Part shown: one piece after another, positions 60,925 through 64,000 of the stretch
How the letters are laid out: each line of letters opens with the position of its first letter
Numbering within the stretch: the first letter of the stretch is position 1
Assembly (NCBI GenBank): GCA_963695095.1
Contig: CAVOFT010000001.1
Location: 96,001-160,000 of the forward strand
Direction of reading: 5' to 3'
DNA: 64,000 nucleotides
From: an uncultured bacterium
Lineage (GTDB): Bacteria > Krumholzibacteriota > Krumholzibacteriia > JACNKJ01
The notes under the pieces: generated by a model
Told to the model about the DNA's origin: nothing
The model's input: only the letters and a program-made list of their open reading frames with translations
The model's database searches: none
Program-made: the position numbers and the translations under genes

Positions 60925-62679
60925 TTAAGCCCCCGCGCTGATGACTTGGGGCTTATCCAGGCCTTTGTGGATGTAGTACTGCTGGGCGACCTGGAGGATG
61001 TTGTTCACCAGCCAGTAGAGGACGAGTCCCGAGGGCATGCGGTAGAAGATGAAGGTCATGAAGACGGGCATGATCTTGTTCATCATGGCCATCTGCCCCG
61101 CCTGGGGGCTGTCCGTGCCCATGCCCATGCCCGAACCGCCCAGCTTCTGCTGCGCCCACATGGACAGGCCCATGAGGATGGGCAGCACGCTGATCGAGTT
61201 CTCGATGAAGTTGCCCAGGAGCGGGATCGCAAAGGGCAGCTGGTAGATGACGTCCATGTTGGACAGGTCGTCCATCCACAGCATGAAGCCGGCGCCCCGC
61301 AGCTCCACCGCCCCGCGCAGCACGCGGTAGAGGGCAAAGAAGACGGGCATCTGGAGCAGCAGGGGCAGGCAGCCGCTCAGCGGGTTGACGCCTGCTCGCT
61401 TGTAGAGCTCCAGGGTCTCGCGGTTCAGGCGCTCGCGGTCGCCCTTGAACTTGGTCTGCAGGGCCTTCAGCTCGGGCTGAATGGCCTGCATCTCCTTCAT
61501 CGACTTGAGGCTCTTGTGTGTCAGCCGATAGAAGAGGACCTTCGTGAACACGGACAGGATGATGATGACGAGGCCGTAGTTGGGGATGAAGCGGCTCAGG
61601 AAGTCCATGAGCCACTTGGTGGCCAGGCTGATCGGGCGGATCAGCTTGCCCATGTCCACCAGGTGCTCGAGACCGCGGCCGTGCGCTTTCAGCTCATCGA
61701 AGGCCAGCGGGCCCGCATAGACCTCGAAGTCCTCGGCATAGCGCAGGCGGCTGCCCCCGAGCAGGAAGCGCGCGCGCCAGCCCAGGGTCTCCGCATCGTG
61801 ATTGCCGACGAGCTGGGCGCTGCCGTTTTGCAGGTTGGACGGCACGAGCGCAGCCAGGAAGTACTTGGTCTTGGTGCCCACCCACTGGATCGTCCCCTCC
61901 TCGGAGCTCACCACCGTGGCGGGGTCCTTGAAGTTGCGCAGGCTCTTCTTTTCCTCCTGCTCGCCGACCCGCTGGACGTTCTGGAAGGAGCTGAGGTCGT
62001 CCTTGCGGTTCTTCTCGGTAACCTCGAGCCCCGCGCCCCAGTCCACCGTGAGCGCCTGGGCCTGGGCGAAGCCGCCCTGCAGATCCGCCTCCACGGCTAG
62101 CCCGATGTCATAGCTGTCGCCCCTCAGCGTGAATCGCTTCACGAGGGCGCCGCCGGCGGCATCCTGCAGCCGGAACTCGATCTTGCCTTCCTGCCCGCCG
62201 CGCAAGCGCAGGGCGCCTCCGGCCGGCGGGTTCAGCAGCGTAAAGGGCGCTTCGCCGCTCACGAAGACGCCGGCCGGCAGGTCGATGTCGATGCCCAGCA
62301 CGCCGCTCGTGTCGCCGCGGGCAACGGCGCCCAGCAGCTCGACGTGCTCGCTGCCGACGCCGGCAAAGCCCAGCAGCTCGACGCGCCGCAGCAGGGCGCC
62401 GCGAGAATCGAAGAGGTAGCGCGCCAGGTCCGTCTCGACGACGACCTGCTCGCGCCGAGCCTCCGCAGGCATGAGCTGGGGGGATTGGGCCGGCGTGGCC
62501 GCCGCCGGCGCGGGTGCTGCTGCCGGCGCGGCCGGGCTGGCAACAGGGGCCTGCTGGGACACCGTGCTGTCCGCCGGGGCCGTGGCGCGCGGCGCAGCCT
62601 GGAAGCGGGACATCCAGAGAGACCAGATGACCAAGAGCAAGAAGATCAGGCCGAAGCCGATACGCGTAGTGCGGTCCAT
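60925..62679 (-). CDS. yidC: Membrane protein insertase YidC
   Basis: NYGLVIIILS, SMKEMQAIQP, NPLSGCLPLLLQMPVF, PSGLVLYW. Confidence 0.97.
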   Translation of the reverse strand: MDRTTRIGFGLIFLLLVIWSLWMSRFQAAPRATAPADSTVSQQAPVASPAAPAAAPAPAAATPAQSPQLMPAEARREQVVVETDLARYLFDSRGALLRRVELLGFAGVGSEHVELLGAVARGDTSGVLGIDIDLPAGVFVSGEAPFTLLNPPAGGALRLRGGQEGKIEFRLQDAAGGALVKRFTLRGDSYDIGLAVEADLQGGFAQAQALTVDWGAGLEVTEKNRKDDLSSFQNVQRVGEQEEKKSLRNFKDPATVVSSEEGTIQWVGTKTKYFLAALVPSNLQNGSAQLVGNHDAETLGWRARFLLGGSRLRYAEDFEVYAGPLAFDELKAHGRGLEHLVDMGKLIRPISLATKWLMDFLSRFIPNYGLVIIILSVFTKVLFYRLTHKSLKSMKEMQAIQPELKALQTKFKGDRERLNRETLELYKRAGVNPLSGCLPLLLQMPVFFALYRVLRGAVELRGAGFMLWMDDLSNMDVIYQLPFAIPLLGNFIENSISVLPILMGLSMWAQQKLGGSGMGMGTDSPQAGQMAMMNKIMPVFMTFIFYRMPSGLVLYWLVNNILQVAQQYYIHKGLDKPQVISAGA

Positions 62680-62713
62680 GCGACCTCTCGCAGAGATCTG
62701 CCGATCCGGTCCC

Positions 62714-62929
62714 CTACTCAGGCACCGGGTCGTGGCCGCCCGGACTCAGGGGGTGGCAGCGGCCCAAGCGGCGCAGGGCCAGCGCGCCCCCCTTGAGGGT
62801 TCCGTGCCGCTTCAGGGCCTGCTCGGCATAGCAGGAGCAGGAGGGGAAGAAGCGGCATGCATCGGGAAGGACGGGCGAGATGAGTTTGCGGTAGGCGCGG
62901 AGGAGGTAGAGGAGCGGCCTATCGAGCAT
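62714..62929 (-). CDS. yidD: Membrane protein insertion efficiency factor YidD
   Basis: [26 protein letters not shown]. Confidence 0.93.
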   Translation of the reverse strand: MLDRPLLYLLRAYRKLISPVLPDACRFFPSCSCYAEQALKRHGTLKGGALALRRLGRCHPLSPGGHDPVPE

Positions 62930-63299
62930 CGTCGTCCTTGCTCATCGATTCCGATACGAGATCCAACCGGGTCAGCAGTTTCTCGAGTTCGCCGGCAATC
63001 TCCTGGCACTTGCAGCCTTCGATGCCGGCACGGGCGATCAGGATGTAGGCCCCCCGCGGGCGGAGCCTGCCCAATTGGGTACGAAACGCTTCCCTGAGGA
63101 GCCGCTTGGCGCGATTGCGGCAGACCGCCCCACCGACCTTGCGGCTGGCGACGACGGCGACAGCAAGGCGCCCTTCTGGCTCACCGTAGAAGAGGATCAG
63201 CCGCCGACCGACGGCTTTGCGGCCCCTGGCGTAGATTGCCTGGAAGCGCCCCGCCGGGATCTTCTCCGGGCGGGGGCGGCCGATCGACGCCGAGGCCAT
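62919..63299 (-). CDS. rnpA: Ribonuclease P protein component
   Basis: [23 protein letters not shown]. Confidence 0.93.
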   Translation of the reverse strand: MASASIGRPRPEKIPAGRFQAIYARGRKAVGRRLILFYGEPEGRLAVAVVASRKVGGAVCRNRAKRLLREAFRTQLGRLRPRGAYILIARAGIEGCKCQEIAGELEKLLTRLDLVSESMSKDDDAR

Positions 63300-63316
63300 A
63301 CCGGTAGCCCGGCGGG

Positions 63317-63451
63317 CTAGACGGTCAAGCGCCGACGGCCCTTAGCGCGGCGGGCGCTCAGTACGGCGCGCCCCGCTTTGGTGCTCATGCGCTTGCGAAA
63401 GCCATGCGTGCGCTTGCGCTTGAGGTTGCTCGGCTGGAAGGTCCTTTTCAA
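63317..63451 (-). CDS. rpmH: 50S ribosomal protein L34 (absent from the ORF track)
   Basis: TTG start after [51 protein letters not shown]. Confidence 0.97.
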   Translation of the reverse strand: MKRTFQPSNLKRKRTHGFRKRMSTKAGRAVLSARRAKGRRRLTV

Positions 63452-63569
63452 GGCCATCCTCCTTCTACAAAGTGGCAAGAATTAGAGGGTTGCAGCCAGG
63501 AAGTCAAGAGCAAAAGGCCGCCCCGGGGGGTCGGGGGAAGGCGTGGCCGCGCCGCGAAGCGTCACCCAC

Positions 63570-63840
63570 TGCGTAGCTATTTGAAAAATATCGGCTTAGA
63601 ACTTTTTCCACAGGTGGGGGCTTTTTCCATTGAATCGCCCTGCCGGCCTTGCTAGTTTGCGCACTGCCCACACATCCAGGGCAGATAGAGCCTATCTTTT
63701 CCACTGTTTCCCACTCCTCATGAAGTGCCGTGAGCAAAATACCCCCTCCGGGCTGTGGATAACTATGCCCTGGCCTGTGTATATCAATCACAACCCGTTG
63801 TTGTTGAATTGGTTGTGTTGTTTTCCACGGAGTGGATAGC
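63570..63840. promoter_or_regulatory. DnaA-box cluster upstream of dnaA (oriC or part of it)
   Basis: Perfect TGTGGATAA 63754; TTTTCCACA 63604, TTTTCCACT 63697, TGTGTATAT 63776, TTTTCCACG 63821, AGTGGATAG 63831; AT-rich. Confidence 0.85.
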
Positions 63841-63851
63841 GGAGGTCGCGC

Positions 63852-64000
63852 TTGAGAACGACTCACGAACTCGAGGTTGATGCCCTCTGGGGCCAGATCC
63901 TCGAGAGCGTCCGCGGTCAGGTGAACAACCAGTGCTTCCGCACCTGGTTCCTCCCCACTCGGCTCGCGCGGATGGCCGAGCAGACCCTCCACGTCGAGGG
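63852..64000 (+). CDS. dnaA: Replication initiator DnaA, 5' fragment
   Basis: GGAGG RBS, TTG start; LWGQILESVRGQVNNQCFRTWFLPTRL; divergent from rpmH. Confidence 0.9.
   Translation, partial: MRTTHELEVDALWGQILESVRGQVNNQCFRTWFLPTRLARMAEQTLHVE

Overview
High-GC bacterial chromosome segment ending at the replication origin. The right end holds the conserved block dnaA(5' part)<>rpmH-rnpA-yidD-yidC-jag-mnmE-mnmG-rsmG-parA-parB-M23 peptidase-bactofilin, with DnaA boxes and two parS sites. The middle is mostly housekeeping and redox genes (trxB, sodC, two ferredoxins, two class-V PLP enzymes, ECF/anti-sigma pair, gpmI, xseAB, hflX, ftcD, mtgA) plus a Wzx/CapA/CapK-like surface-polymer group. The left half is rich in secreted and envelope proteins: a signal-peptide-bearing TPR-CHAT protease operon (with OmpA, a YidD paralogue and a TPR protein), two HD-GYP proteins, and a lower-GC block of large secreted proteins inside an ABC-transporter/lipocalin (AttEFGH-like) cluster. 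The protein repertoire (FlgD-Ig/T9SS-like tail, S-W-G-x-I-K-x-L-Y tails) suggests an FCB-group candidate lineage such as Krumholzibacteriota/Latescibacterota; this is inference only. More than ten genes, including conserved housekeeping genes, carry frameshifts that are most likely indel errors in the assembly, so several start/end coordinates are reconstructed by eye. Best candidate for an undescribed system: a shared 15-residue C-terminal tail on three unrelated secreted proteins, which may be a sorting signal. No rRNA, tRNA, CRISPR array, integrase or transposase was recognised.
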